Below are positions 47,657 through 56,923 of a stretch of 64,000 nt of DNA, piece by piece. This stretch comes from an uncultured virus (IMG/VR IMGVR_UViG_3300032053_000035) (taxonomy: Duplodnaviria > Heunggongvirae > Uroviricota > Caudoviricetes). The notes below the pieces were generated by a model. It had not been told where the DNA came from and made no database searches. It worked only from the letters and a program-made list of their open reading frames with translations. The stretch's first letter is position 1. Each line of letters starts with the position of its first letter. Made by a program: the position numbers and the translations under genes. The stretch is taken from the IMG/VR virus record IMGVR_UViG_3300032053_000035. One strand, given 5' to 3'.

Positions 47657-48264
47657 GTTGGGGTTAGTCCTCCGAGTGGTGTGGACCCATTTTGCTTGGC
47701 GCCTGATGCCTGTCCTTTGTAGGCAGACATTATTGTTTGCCAGCTTTCCAACTCTCTTATCGTGTCGCTAGTCACCTTGCTTAATGCCAACTTGGAGCCC
47801 TGCACTTTTGCCATGTTTTGCTCATGAATGGCTCGTTCCCTTCTAGTAGCTATGTCGCCAAGTGGCTGTTGCACGCTCTGCAAAAAGATGTTTACCTCAG
47901 ATATGTCGGCAAACCTAGACGTGTCAGATCCGTCAGTTAGGAAGTCACTCTTGAAGTTGTCGAAAGTCGTCATCACCTTACTGATCTCGCTAACTCTTAC
48001 CGCTGCATCGGTGTTCCTAATTGCAATGTACTCTTCAAGAATGACGTTTTGGTCAGCTCTTTTTGTGTCAAGCTTAGTCGCGTCAGTTATCCAGGCTAGT
48101 GCTTTTTGCTTAGATTCAGACGCCTGTAGTATTAGGAAGCCCTCAAAATCGTCAGATATTGTAGTCAGAGATTTTTGGACGCTGTCGTAATACAGTGGTT
48201 TTAACCCGGCTGGGCGTCTCTGGGACGATATCGTTATCAATTCGTCATTAGTAAAGGTTGCCAC
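47653..48264 (-). CDS. Hypothetical helical protein in the baseplate operon
   Basis: 203-aa ORF coupled to both neighbours. Confidence 0.7.
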   Translation of the reverse strand: MATFTNDELITISSQRRPAGLKPLYYDSVQKSLTTISDDFEGFLILQASESKQKALAWITDATKLDTKRADQNVILEEYIAIRNTDAAVRVSEISKVMTTFDNFKSDFLTDGSDTSRFADISEVNIFLQSVQQPLGDIATRRERAIHEQNMAKVQGSKLALSKVTSDTIRELESWQTIMSAYKGQASGAKQNGSTPLGGLTPT

Positions 48265-48265
48265 G

Positions 48266-50593
48266 CTAGACTCCTAATGGCGAGGTTGGTATTTTTATCT
48301 GCAGCATTGACTTATTGAAAAAATCAGAAACCTGAGAGGAGCTGCAATTAGTCCCAGACTTAAACTGGTTGGTCCTTGTTGGCGCTGATTCTACGATAAT
48401 TTTTACTCTAACAGTGTCCCTACTAAATGCACCAAACACGATAGTCTTAGCTACCCCAACAAACTTCATTCTTTCCAAAGCAGCAGTTAGGTCAGAGCCC
48501 AGACTTATTCTCGGTACCACGCAACCAGCTGGGACCGGAGGAACTTTGCCTACGAACATGTCTATTAGGTTGCTAGATAGACATATTATCTTGTCTACCA
48601 AATTACCTGACCAGGCAGCCACCGCAGACAGGAATAGGCCAGCCACAGCCGCTATTTGCGTTACTATATTGAGAAGATTATCCAATGCTCCTAGTGATAT
48701 GCCAATGTTAACTGTTATACACTTAAGAATCGACTTCTCGTAGGAGCCAGAACCGGTTAGAGTGAGAAACCTAGACATAAACGAGTCTAGCTTGTTCTTC
48801 AGTGGTAGTAAAATGGCTCTGGCCGTTGCAACCGATCTTGCGCAGGTTCGCATGGACTGCTCAAACAGCGAGGCTAGTATGTTCGATATCCTGGTTAGCG
48901 GTGCAGCTATTTCTGGCGGGTACAGGTTGAACAACGTGTCGTTAGCAGCAGTTATTACATCGGCTATTCGCTGTCCCATATTTAGCGTTTCCCCAGGGTC
49001 AAACAAGTTGGTAAACACTGAGGCTGGGCTAGATGCTGACGGTTGCCCCTGAAGAGGTTCCCCACTAACAACGCTAGTGCCGAAAACGCCACCAACTTTG
49101 GGCGGCGGCTGGCCAGACAGCGAATCATAACCAGTCGCGGTGGTAACCGGGTCAGCAACAGTAGAACTGTTTACGTTTTGCAAAGCCGGACTTTGGGCTG
49201 TGGATGCTTTCGCAGCACCATCGGCGAGAGTAGAGAAAGCTCTTAGAGGTTGGTGATTTTGAAATTCGGTTAGGTTCCGAGAGGAGTTAGACAGTTGGAG
49301 CTTCGTTAATATGTTTTCTAGCCCAGCGTCGTCCAAATCACCAAGCCCAGCCATAAATTCAGAGATGTCTACCTTGGAAAATGTTTGTGTGTTCAAGTAT
49401 CGATTGGACAATGTGCTTGAGCCTGGCGGAGCTGATTGCATAGCCTGGCTTAATGCCCGACCAAAGGCATCGTCCGGAGGAGACCACCACAGGCCAGTGA
49501 TATCAGCACGTTCCTCCAACAGCCGTATTATGGCATCGTCGGAATGTTTGGTTCTCAGCTGTGCTAACGTGTCATGTTCCATAATTATTGCTACCTGGAA
49601 CAAGCTATCAGTTAACGTTGCTAGGTAGCTGGTGGATAGGGCTGAAATTCTTGCTGAAATTTTTTCTACGAATGTAGACTTATTCTGGGCGCCTAGGGTC
49701 CCAAATCGTAAGCTCACAAAGTTTTCTAGTTCTATCAAAGAAGCTGATTCGGCATACTCGGCAGTTAACTGTGCTTGGACAGGGCTTTGCGCAGACAATA
49801 CCAAGTCCTGACCGGCTAATATTGCTGACAGTTTGGCATCGGTGAAACCGTACCTTTGAAACTTATTGATTGACGATGTTGAGTTGTCCACTGCGTCCTG
49901 GTGGAACACGCTAACTGCGATAGAACTGGTTTGCAAGCCAAATTTTTTGCCGATTACAGGCAGAGACTCATCCTTGTCTAAATAGGTGCTGCGCAGTACG
50001 ATAGCGCTAAAATCTTCAAGAACAGCATACTGGCTAACGTAAGGATCTCCCAACATGGCCTTTATTTCGCTTAACGAAAAAGCCTCTCCTGGCCTCTTTG
50101 GTCTTATTTTCTGCACCGATAGGTTCGAATATGCAACAACGGACTGAGGGCTAGCATAAACCTCTTCTACGATACTCAACGACCTTCCAACAGCTAAGTA
50201 AACTTTCCTTAGCATCTCAATATTGTCCTCGTGAGCAGCATTCGGCGAGCTAGTACCTGGCAGGTATGCAATGCTGTCGAACATAATCACACCAGACTTG
50301 GATGCGAAAGCTTCCTCGTCGGATAGCGTTGGGCTTTCGTCAAGCGTGCCAAATTGGGTTGATAAATCTGACAAATTCCTTATCGACGTAGCAGCATCAC
50401 CGGCCAGAATCAGGTTCTGCAAAATGGCGTTGCCTTGATCAATAAGTGCGTCCAGATTGCCAGCCGCCGCTTGCGCCTGATTCAGCAGGCTTAGATTGTC
50501 AGCCAACCTGTCAGATATAAGCTCCTGCATGGCCACGGTGGCAGCTTCTAGATCTTCTGGGAACAAACATTCTCTTGCGAATTGCGTGGCCAC
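48266..50593 (-). CDS. Hypothetical virion-associated protein (775 aa)
   Basis: Long ORF at the head of the baseplate operon. Confidence 0.7.
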   Translation of the reverse strand: MATQFARECLFPEDLEAATVAMQELISDRLADNLSLLNQAQAAAGNLDALIDQGNAILQNLILAGDAATSIRNLSDLSTQFGTLDESPTLSDEEAFASKSGVIMFDSIAYLPGTSSPNAAHEDNIEMLRKVYLAVGRSLSIVEEVYASPQSVVAYSNLSVQKIRPKRPGEAFSLSEIKAMLGDPYVSQYAVLEDFSAIVLRSTYLDKDESLPVIGKKFGLQTSSIAVSVFHQDAVDNSTSSINKFQRYGFTDAKLSAILAGQDLVLSAQSPVQAQLTAEYAESASLIELENFVSLRFGTLGAQNKSTFVEKISARISALSTSYLATLTDSLFQVAIIMEHDTLAQLRTKHSDDAIIRLLEERADITGLWWSPPDDAFGRALSQAMQSAPPGSSTLSNRYLNTQTFSKVDISEFMAGLGDLDDAGLENILTKLQLSNSSRNLTEFQNHQPLRAFSTLADGAAKASTAQSPALQNVNSSTVADPVTTATGYDSLSGQPPPKVGGVFGTSVVSGEPLQGQPSASSPASVFTNLFDPGETLNMGQRIADVITAANDTLFNLYPPEIAAPLTRISNILASLFEQSMRTCARSVATARAILLPLKNKLDSFMSRFLTLTGSGSYEKSILKCITVNIGISLGALDNLLNIVTQIAAVAGLFLSAVAAWSGNLVDKIICLSSNLIDMFVGKVPPVPAGCVVPRISLGSDLTAALERMKFVGVAKTIVFGAFSRDTVRVKIIVESAPTRTNQFKSGTNCSSSQVSDFFNKSMLQIKIPTSPLGV

Positions 50594-50744
50594 TGTTTTG
50601 CTACCCCTGTGGTTGACAAGTAAAAATATACTGCTAATACAAAATAGCTACAAAACTGAACAAAAGTAACAACGCGCCTTTTTTACGTATCTGCACAACA
50701 GTTCCGGTTTATATTGTAATAAGGCTATTGCTAAGGAGGCAGAA

Positions 50745-51005
50745 ATGGAAGAAGATAAGTTCGGCCAAGAAGCATCGCAGTTGATCTTGGTTATGGCTAG
50801 ATCTCTTGTCGATAGCCCAAAAGAAGTCGAAGTAACAGCTTCGGCTGGCAACTTCCAAACCGTATTGTTTAGCCTTAAGTGTGCTAAAAGCGATTTAGGA
50901 AAGGTTATCGGGCGCGGGGGCAAAACTGCCGCTGCTATGAGGCAAATCATTTCTTCTGTGGCTGCCAAACATGGCAAAAGAGCGGTCTTAGATATAGAGG
51001 AGTAA
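50745..51005 (+). CDS. khpA: KH-domain RNA-binding protein, KhpA/UPF0109 family
   Basis: LVDSPKEVEV...SDLGKVIGRGGKTAAAMRQII...LDI. Confidence 0.88.
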   Translation: MEEDKFGQEASQLILVMARSLVDSPKEVEVTASAGNFQTVLFSLKCAKSDLGKVIGRGGKTAAAMRQIISSVAAKHGKRAVLDIEE

Positions 51006-51007
51006 TT

Positions 51008-51238
51008 GTGAGCGTAGAGCATCCTTCTTATTATGGCGGCGGAGACAACCCATACGAAGCAGTCAAAGTAATAAATGCGTGGAACCTTAATTTTAGTCTT
51101 GGTTCTGCAATAAAGTACATTTGCAGAGCTGGACGAAAAGACTTTGGGAAACAAATAGAGGATCTAGAGAAAGCGGCTTTTTATCTAAAGCTAGAGATAA
51201 AAAGACTAAAAGACGAAAAGGAGACGCAGCTGACATGA
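51008..51238 (+). CDS. DUF3310 family protein
   Basis: VEHPSYY...EAVKVI...FSLGSAIKYICRAGRK...EDLEKAAFYL. Confidence 0.9.
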   Translation: MSVEHPSYYGGGDNPYEAVKVINAWNLNFSLGSAIKYICRAGRKDFGKQIEDLEKAAFYLKLEIKRLKDEKETQLT

Positions 51239-51369
51239 AGATAGAGCGGTCAATATGGAGCATCAATCTTATTCCGGAAAATGCAGAAGATATTGAGCTG
51301 CTACGCCGATTATTCCTTAGTCTGCCAGAATGCGAAAAACCAACCCTGGACCCATATGACCTCAAGTAG
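51235..51369 (+). CDS. Small hypothetical protein
   Basis: MKIERSIWSINLIPENAEDIELL...; the frame stays open for 20 codons past the TAG, to TAA 51432. Confidence 0.55.
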   Translation: MKIERSIWSINLIPENAEDIELLRRLFLSLPECEKPTLDPYDLK

Positions 51370-51432
51370 GAACCTATCTGGCCGCAGATGGGTCGCTTCA
51401 GTTGTACCGATGAGGAGCATGAGGAGGCGTAA

Positions 51433-51690
51433 TTGAAGTATTTTGTTATAAATGACATATATAATCTATCAAAAGAAGATTTTCTTCTGTCCTCTAAATG
51501 CATTGGCACCAAGTTGCCAGCATCAGGCAATAGATTTGCATTTATTTGGCACGACAGAACGCTGTCCGAGGCAGGGGTAAAGCGTTTAGTATATCATGGT
51601 TGGCGGGTTACTGACGAGAGTCAGGACATTACATACGACATATCCGATATACTAGGTCAATGCGAAATGATCTTTTACTCAGAGGCCTGA
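51433..51690 (+). CDS. Hypothetical protein
   Basis: TTG start with strong GAGGAGG RBS. Confidence 0.7.
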   Translation: MKYFVINDIYNLSKEDFLLSSKCIGTKLPASGNRFAFIWHDRTLSEAGVKRLVYHGWRVTDESQDITYDISDILGQCEMIFYSEA

Positions 51691-51772
51691 TTAAACGCCT
51701 TTGATATCAGGCGGTTATGACCTTGGCGGCGGCTCTGATCTGGTGGCGAAGGGTGGAACGACCGGCCTTCGC

Positions 51773-52387
51773 TTAAAGGTCATCAATTCCCATTTTAGAC
51801 AGAAAACGGGAAACAGCGTCGGAGTATCCCCAGGGGATGTTTGTAACATCGTAATGGGCATTGGCGGTTCTTGATTCTCCAAGACGTCCAACCGCCTTCA
51901 GTAATTTATCTCGACTTTTCTTATCGTGAAAACACACATCGAACCAAATTGGATTGGGTGCGAGATCAGATGTCGATGGTATAATCAGTTGATTCCCGCC
52001 ATCCGGCTCATTAGATCCAGTCCCGGTAACAAGCAATGAATCGAAACCATTCTTTGAACATAACTTAGAGAGATTCTCGCAAGATACGGTAGACCCCGTT
52101 TTCTTTTTAATGGCATTCGCCAATGAATTGGATCTGATCTTGAGATCAACAGCATCGACAAGATCTGGCTCATCTTTGGATTGAATAGAAAGTGGGTTTT
52201 TAGGAGAAATCTTATAGGCGGTAATCACACAAAATTTATGATCATCATCCATTGACCACTTGTATCTGTAGTTAAGATGAAAATAGGTTCCATCGCCAAA
52301 TATACCACCGCCTTCAAAACGATGGTCTATCTTTGAAGGAATAATGTCCGAAACCATTCTGTAAAATGTTGTATGTGCCATATTCAT
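51773..52387 (-). CDS. ADP-ribosyltransferase-fold protein (ART-PolyVal-like)
   Basis: FYR...GIFGDGTYF...NPL...GFDSL...NQLII; AT-richer than the flanking DNA. Confidence 0.55.
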   Translation of the reverse strand: MNMAHTTFYRMVSDIIPSKIDHRFEGGGIFGDGTYFHLNYRYKWSMDDDHKFCVITAYKISPKNPLSIQSKDEPDLVDAVDLKIRSNSLANAIKKKTGSTVSCENLSKLCSKNGFDSLLVTGTGSNEPDGGNQLIIPSTSDLAPNPIWFDVCFHDKKSRDKLLKAVGRLGESRTANAHYDVTNIPWGYSDAVSRFLSKMGIDDL

Positions 52388-52417
52388 CCCCCTCCTTTAA
52401 ATTCGCCTCTATCTATA

Positions 52418-52443
52418 TTATCGGAATTTGTTAAGCATCTTTA
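52418..52443 (-). promoter_or_regulatory. Sigma28 (FliA/SigD)-like promoter
   Basis: TAAA-N14-TCCGATAA, ~30 bp upstream of 52387, with AAGGAGG RBS. Confidence 0.55.
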
Positions 52444-52530
52444 ATTATTATCTTTTTTAGATTCGCGATTCTTACTTTTCGGTTATTTCTAGCCATTCCC
52501 TTTTTCAAAGGCGTCTTACAACTGCCCTCC

Positions 52531-54495
52531 TCACTTCTCAGGCTCCCAGTTCATATACTCAGGGTGTTCCTTACCAAGCCGATTCCATTTGTTGAGACAA
52601 GCTGTGCAGGTCGGTAGGTCTTTGGTCCACTGAGTGCGGTCATCCATAATGTTCCTGACCTTCTTACAAAGAGAGCGACCTGTGTCCCAATTGAAGTCCG
52701 GAGTCACAAGCACCGCATGAGTTAGCATCTCATTGCCTGGACGCTCAACCTTATAGGCACCTCCAAAGACCCCAGTCGTTATGAGTTTAGTCTTTTCGGT
52801 TTCGCGCAGAGCTAATACTTGGTTGATTATTTTCAAACTGTCCTGGCGCAATCGCCCATCAAAGCCCTTATTAGCGATTAACCCAACAAGGTTCTTTTTG
52901 CTTAATATCATATGGCTAAGAATTATTTCTGATTCGTCATGCAATTCTGAACACTGGGCAACCATGTTAATATTGACAATCACATCACTTATGCCTGGGG
53001 TACATTCAAAAATAGCCCCGTATGGATAACCAGTGTCAAACATGAAGTTAGATGCCACCGCCTTGCTTTCGGACCAGGATTCTACAGGCTGGGTTCTTAG
53101 GTGCTTACCGGCGTCCAGAGCTGCCACAGTTTCTTCGCTGGCGGCCACACCACGATAAACTTTTCCTCCCAGGACTTTACGGTATTTAACAGGCAGCATG
53201 TTTTTCAAGGCTAGCATTTCTAACCGTACTTGGTCATTTGAAGAGCTTTCTACCCAGCGGCAAATCGTAGAAAGTTCATCGTCGGTGAGAGCTTCATTTT
53301 TACTTCCGGTAAGGTTGGAATTACCAGTGTTGTCGCTATCCCACTTGGTAGTATCAGCAGATGAGCCAATGAAACCGTGCCCTTCTTGTTTATTAATCTC
53401 CTCAGCCAAGTCCTTATACAGGTCTCCGTGATTGACGTTTTCCTTATCAGCAGTATCGCCAAACATTTCGTATATGTAGTAATGAACAACTTCATGCGCC
53501 AGAATCTGGCGTAAATCTTCCGACACCAGATACTTGCTGTTTAGCGTGATATACGTGTGACCGGTTTCATTGTTATGTCTCGTGGAGGCTACAAATGGAG
53601 GAGAGTGTATAATGACAACTTCCGGGCGGCCTTCGCAATCAGGGAAATATTCGCGCAGTAGCTCGGCAGCTAGTGCACTGGCCTCGTAGCCTAGGCTGTG
53701 TGCTGTTATTTCCAGGTCCGTAAAGTCTAATAGGTGCATATCGAGATTAAGTTGCTCATCTCGCAGTGGGAGCTTACTGCCAGTAGATGTTATTAGGTAG
53801 GTGGTGCCGCCAAACGACGTCTCCAGCCCAACAATATTGTCTTTGCTACCTATTGTGATGCCCGTGTCCAACCCAAGTACTCTGATTCTCTTGTAGTTAT
53901 CAAAGTAGGCTGGGAAGGTGGAGGTAGAAAAGTCATAAGTCTCATTGTTGTCTGTAATTTGCTTAAATTTTAATTGCTTGCCTTTAGAACGTAGCTGCGC
54001 TAATTTTGGCATAGTTTGCCAAATGACGTCATCAGCAAATTCCATTATAAGCTCATCATCACAAAACACCTGCATTTTGCCACCGAAAGCCACGTTGGTG
54101 GCTTCTGATTCGTGTTGTGCAAGAAGCCACCCAAACAGAATCGACTCTGAATAATCATCCATGGGAGGAGGTTGGTCTGGGTTAAAATACACCAGTTCGA
54201 GGTGGTCAAATTCGCCATCAGGATCACCAAGCGAGGTCAGTGGTAGCCCAACCTCAATGTCAACTCTGTAGACTCTATTGTCATAAGCGTCAAACAAGTG
54301 CGCTATTTTGGCAATCTCCGTTACACCTGACTCTTCTCTCAGCTCTCTTCGCAGGGCAACTTCTTCCGTCTCCCCGTCGTCTACTTTGCCGCCAATTAGT
54401 CCATACTGACCCAGAGCCGTAACGCCAAACAGAAGCCTGCCATGTCTGTCAACAGCAATCGCTCTCACTCGTTGCATGGCAGACTCCGTGCTCAC
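52531..54495 (-). CDS. Multidomain protein: Nudix hydrolase + SprT-like zinc protease + R-S-E ART + C-terminal Cys/His finger
   Basis: Nudix box GGKVDDGETEEVALRRELREESG; LAHEVVH...HG; VYRG...SWS...ESE; HAV...LC...CTAC. Confidence 0.8.
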   Translation of the reverse strand: MSTESAMQRVRAIAVDRHGRLLFGVTALGQYGLIGGKVDDGETEEVALRRELREESGVTEIAKIAHLFDAYDNRVYRVDIEVGLPLTSLGDPDGEFDHLELVYFNPDQPPPMDDYSESILFGWLLAQHESEATNVAFGGKMQVFCDDELIMEFADDVIWQTMPKLAQLRSKGKQLKFKQITDNNETYDFSTSTFPAYFDNYKRIRVLGLDTGITIGSKDNIVGLETSFGGTTYLITSTGSKLPLRDEQLNLDMHLLDFTDLEITAHSLGYEASALAAELLREYFPDCEGRPEVVIIHSPPFVASTRHNNETGHTYITLNSKYLVSEDLRQILAHEVVHYYIYEMFGDTADKENVNHGDLYKDLAEEINKQEGHGFIGSSADTTKWDSDNTGNSNLTGSKNEALTDDELSTICRWVESSSNDQVRLEMLALKNMLPVKYRKVLGGKVYRGVAASEETVAALDAGKHLRTQPVESWSESKAVASNFMFDTGYPYGAIFECTPGISDVIVNINMVAQCSELHDESEIILSHMILSKKNLVGLIANKGFDGRLRQDSLKIINQVLALRETEKTKLITTGVFGGAYKVERPGNEMLTHAVLVTPDFNWDTGRSLCKKVRNIMDDRTQWTKDLPTCTACLNKWNRLGKEHPEYMNWEPEK

Positions 54496-55253
54496 AAGAT
54501 TGGCGCTAGTGATTCAACAGTAAACAAGTCGCCGCCTACAAATGCTATTGCACCGTCCGTTATTGTCGCAGTAAAGCCCGGTGCGGTAAACAAAACTCCT
54601 ACGGTAGCCGTACCCAACGCGCCGGAAACAGTGCCGCTAACTGTGAAAGAGGTAGCAGAAGTAGCAGTAAATGTCAATGTTTCCAGAACTGACGTTCCTG
54701 GGTTGAGCTTTACGGAAATAGTACCGTTGCCGGTACCAACATAGCTACCGGCAGTTGGTGTTCCTGCCAGAGCTGCATAATGTTTAGGATGAATCAGGTA
54801 GCCAAGAACAACACCTTGTTTTTTGGTGTTGGGCTCCATAGCAATACGGTCGGAGTCGTCAACAAAGTATGAGGACGATGCTACGAAGGAAAAGACGGCA
54901 AAGCCGTTGATGCTCAAGCCTTCCATAGCGGCGCGGTCGGCTTGCGCTGAAGTCTGGACTACTCCGTTAAGCAAGTCCATAAGAACGGATAAGTTGCGGC
55001 TCAGGAAAGTGGCGTCCTTCTCGGCCATGGAGTAGCCTGGTACTGCTGCGATCACAGCGGCAAAACCGGCCACCTTGGTGTCCCACCAATCTTTGGCCAC
55101 TAAATACCCAGTGATATCAGAAGCAACCAAACGCTTGATAGGGCGTACTGGATTGGCTGCTGACAGTTGCCGCAATACCTGAATTGTCCGCTGGCCCTGC
55201 ACGTTGTCATAGGTGTAGGTAGTAGGCGAGGACAAGAAAACTGTGGAAGTCAT
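54492..55253 (-). CDS. Putative structural protein
   Basis: C-terminal T/G-rich beta module (TSATSFTVSGTVSG...F..GD.F) of the kind seen in virion proteins. Confidence 0.6.
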   Translation of the reverse strand: MTSTVFLSSPTTYTYDNVQGQRTIQVLRQLSAANPVRPIKRLVASDITGYLVAKDWWDTKVAGFAAVIAAVPGYSMAEKDATFLSRNLSVLMDLLNGVVQTSAQADRAAMEGLSINGFAVFSFVASSSYFVDDSDRIAMEPNTKKQGVVLGYLIHPKHYAALAGTPTAGSYVGTGNGTISVKLNPGTSVLETLTFTATSATSFTVSGTVSGALGTATVGVLFTAPGFTATITDGAIAFVGGDLFTVESLAPIL

Positions 55254-55278
55254 ACCGTCTCCTGGTGATCTGTTATAG

Positions 55279-56037
55279 TTACGTTTTCAAAATACTCTTG
55301 GTGATACACTGTTCAACCCACTTCGCTAACATGGCTGAGTTTGTCTGTTGCGACCCTTCACTGCTGCTAAGTCTCGGACTTGTGTCGTAAACAATAAAAC
55401 TAACTGACCAAGCTGACACTTTGCTAGGTGCCGTTGATGAATCGGTAAATGTTATGCCCTCAGAGTCAAACATACCTATTAGTGTCAGCTGCGGGAATAG
55501 AGTGGAGCTGTACTGTATATACACCAGGTTGGCTCGCGGCGGGTTTGCCGCAGTACCAAGGGTTAACTTAGGAGCGTCAATCAGCTGCATAAGGTCATAA
55601 AAATTAGTGATGCCGCCAGAAGGTTTATAGCCTTCATTGGTTACGTAGACAGGCATTAGGTTGCCCGACTGCAGACTTAACGTCAATCTGAACTCGTCAT
55701 AGAAAGTGCCACGATGGCTATCTGGCCAAACATGCAATACTGTTCCATAAAGGTTTCTACTGTGGGCTGACCGCTGTCCCATCTTCCACGTCACATCACT
55801 TGGGTTGGCATTCCAATAAATGCCGCGAGGCTGAGCAGAGTTTATCCACTCGGTAGTGGTCATAAACCAACCGTCTCGTATTACTCCGTTCTCGCCCTGC
55901 CTTGCCTTAATGGCCTGAATAGACTCCGAATATATACGGTCCGTCTTAGCCGTGCTGGTAAGCGCCTGTTGTGCAGCAACGACGCTGTCAAATAATGCCT
56001 GGCCTGGACCTACCCTGTTTCCCATAACGGCTCCCAA
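55279..56037 (-). CDS. Putative tail tube/baseplate-hub-related protein
   Basis: NP...W...LTLSLQSG...G.F...TF.....P...WSVSF pattern. Confidence 0.5.
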   Translation of the reverse strand: MGAVMGNRVGPGQALFDSVVAAQQALTSTAKTDRIYSESIQAIKARQGENGVIRDGWFMTTTEWINSAQPRGIYWNANPSDVTWKMGQRSAHSRNLYGTVLHVWPDSHRGTFYDEFRLTLSLQSGNLMPVYVTNEGYKPSGGITNFYDLMQLIDAPKLTLGTAANPPRANLVYIQYSSTLFPQLTLIGMFDSEGITFTDSSTAPSKVSAWSVSFIVYDTSPRLSSSEGSQQTNSAMLAKWVEQCITKSILKT

Positions 56038-56061
56038 TGTGCATACAAAACTAACATAAGC

Positions 56062-56262
56062 TTAACGCCTAGGCTTCGGACAGGCCACTATTTTGTGCAA
56101 AATCCTGGCCAAGGACAGGACGCTGCCAGTGCAGTTATCGCTGTACTCAATTGGCGTATTAGGAACAATACCCTGATCGATCCCATCAACTATTATGCGG
56201 CCCTTTACGATCTGTATCGACTTGCCCTCATACGTTTTCCCCTCAAATACCATCTTTGCCAT
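56062..56262 (-). CDS. Small hypothetical protein
   Basis: EGKTYEGKSIQIVKGRIIVDG. Confidence 0.55.
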   Translation of the reverse strand: MAKMVFEGKTYEGKSIQIVKGRIIVDGIDQGIVPNTPIEYSDNCTGSVLSLARILHKIVACPKPRR

Positions 56263-56392
56263 GCTGTTTCTCTCAATCGTGGTAGCCTGTACTCACATAC
56301 AGAAAGAAATATAATACAGAAAGAAACTATTGTTTTTCCGCCTTTTTGTCAGTAGATTAAGTCCGCAATAGATAACATAGAGGACTAATTCC

Positions 56393-56923
56393 ATGGACTA
56401 CTGCGGTCTCCAACATCTTTATGGCGTTACATCTTTGCGCCGTATTATAGAAATACTGGGAGAAGCCAACAAAAACTTGCTAGAAAAATTTGTCTTCCCA
56501 AAAATTATGTTGGTTGGCCAAAAATCAGAGCAATTAGTGATAATCACTGTTGACGGTGACCCAAACAACACATTGCCTAGTAATGTCGTTCTGGTCAGCG
56601 AGTCCAATATCCGTTCTTGGAAGTGTCTTGTGTCGTACAAGCTGCAATGCGAATTTGGCACCATTCATTTCCGCAGTCCGCTAGATTTTAAGGTTGCTAA
56701 TCAAAACTTTTTGGCCGAAGCTAGCTATGACGACTTTTGTGTGCTAACGGGTGGGTTTTCCTTGTCCCAGGAGGCCCTCATAAGAGCGTGGGAGTATCTT
56801 ACCCAACATCACGTTAAGGGGATCGAGCAGATCGATTTCGCAAAGCATGATGTGTCCATTGACCAAATGTCAGTCAAAATTTGGCAGCAAGCAGCTGCTA
56901 TTCAAACCTTAGGAGGTAAGTAA
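56393..56923 (+). CDS. Hypothetical protein
   Basis: 176 aa with GAGGA RBS, coupled to the next gene. Confidence 0.75.
   Translation: MDYCGLQHLYGVTSLRRIIEILGEANKNLLEKFVFPKIMLVGQKSEQLVIITVDGDPNNTLPSNVVLVSESNIRSWKCLVSYKLQCEFGTIHFRSPLDFKVANQNFLAEASYDDFCVLTGGFSLSQEALIRAWEYLTQHHVKGIEQIDFAKHDVSIDQMSVKIWQQAAAIQTLGGK

Noticed and set aside
2880..53700. Shared G(F/Y)EASAL peptide in 2732..3031 and 52531..54495 as a protease-cleavage motif
   Set aside because: There are only two short matches, so chance cannot be excluded.
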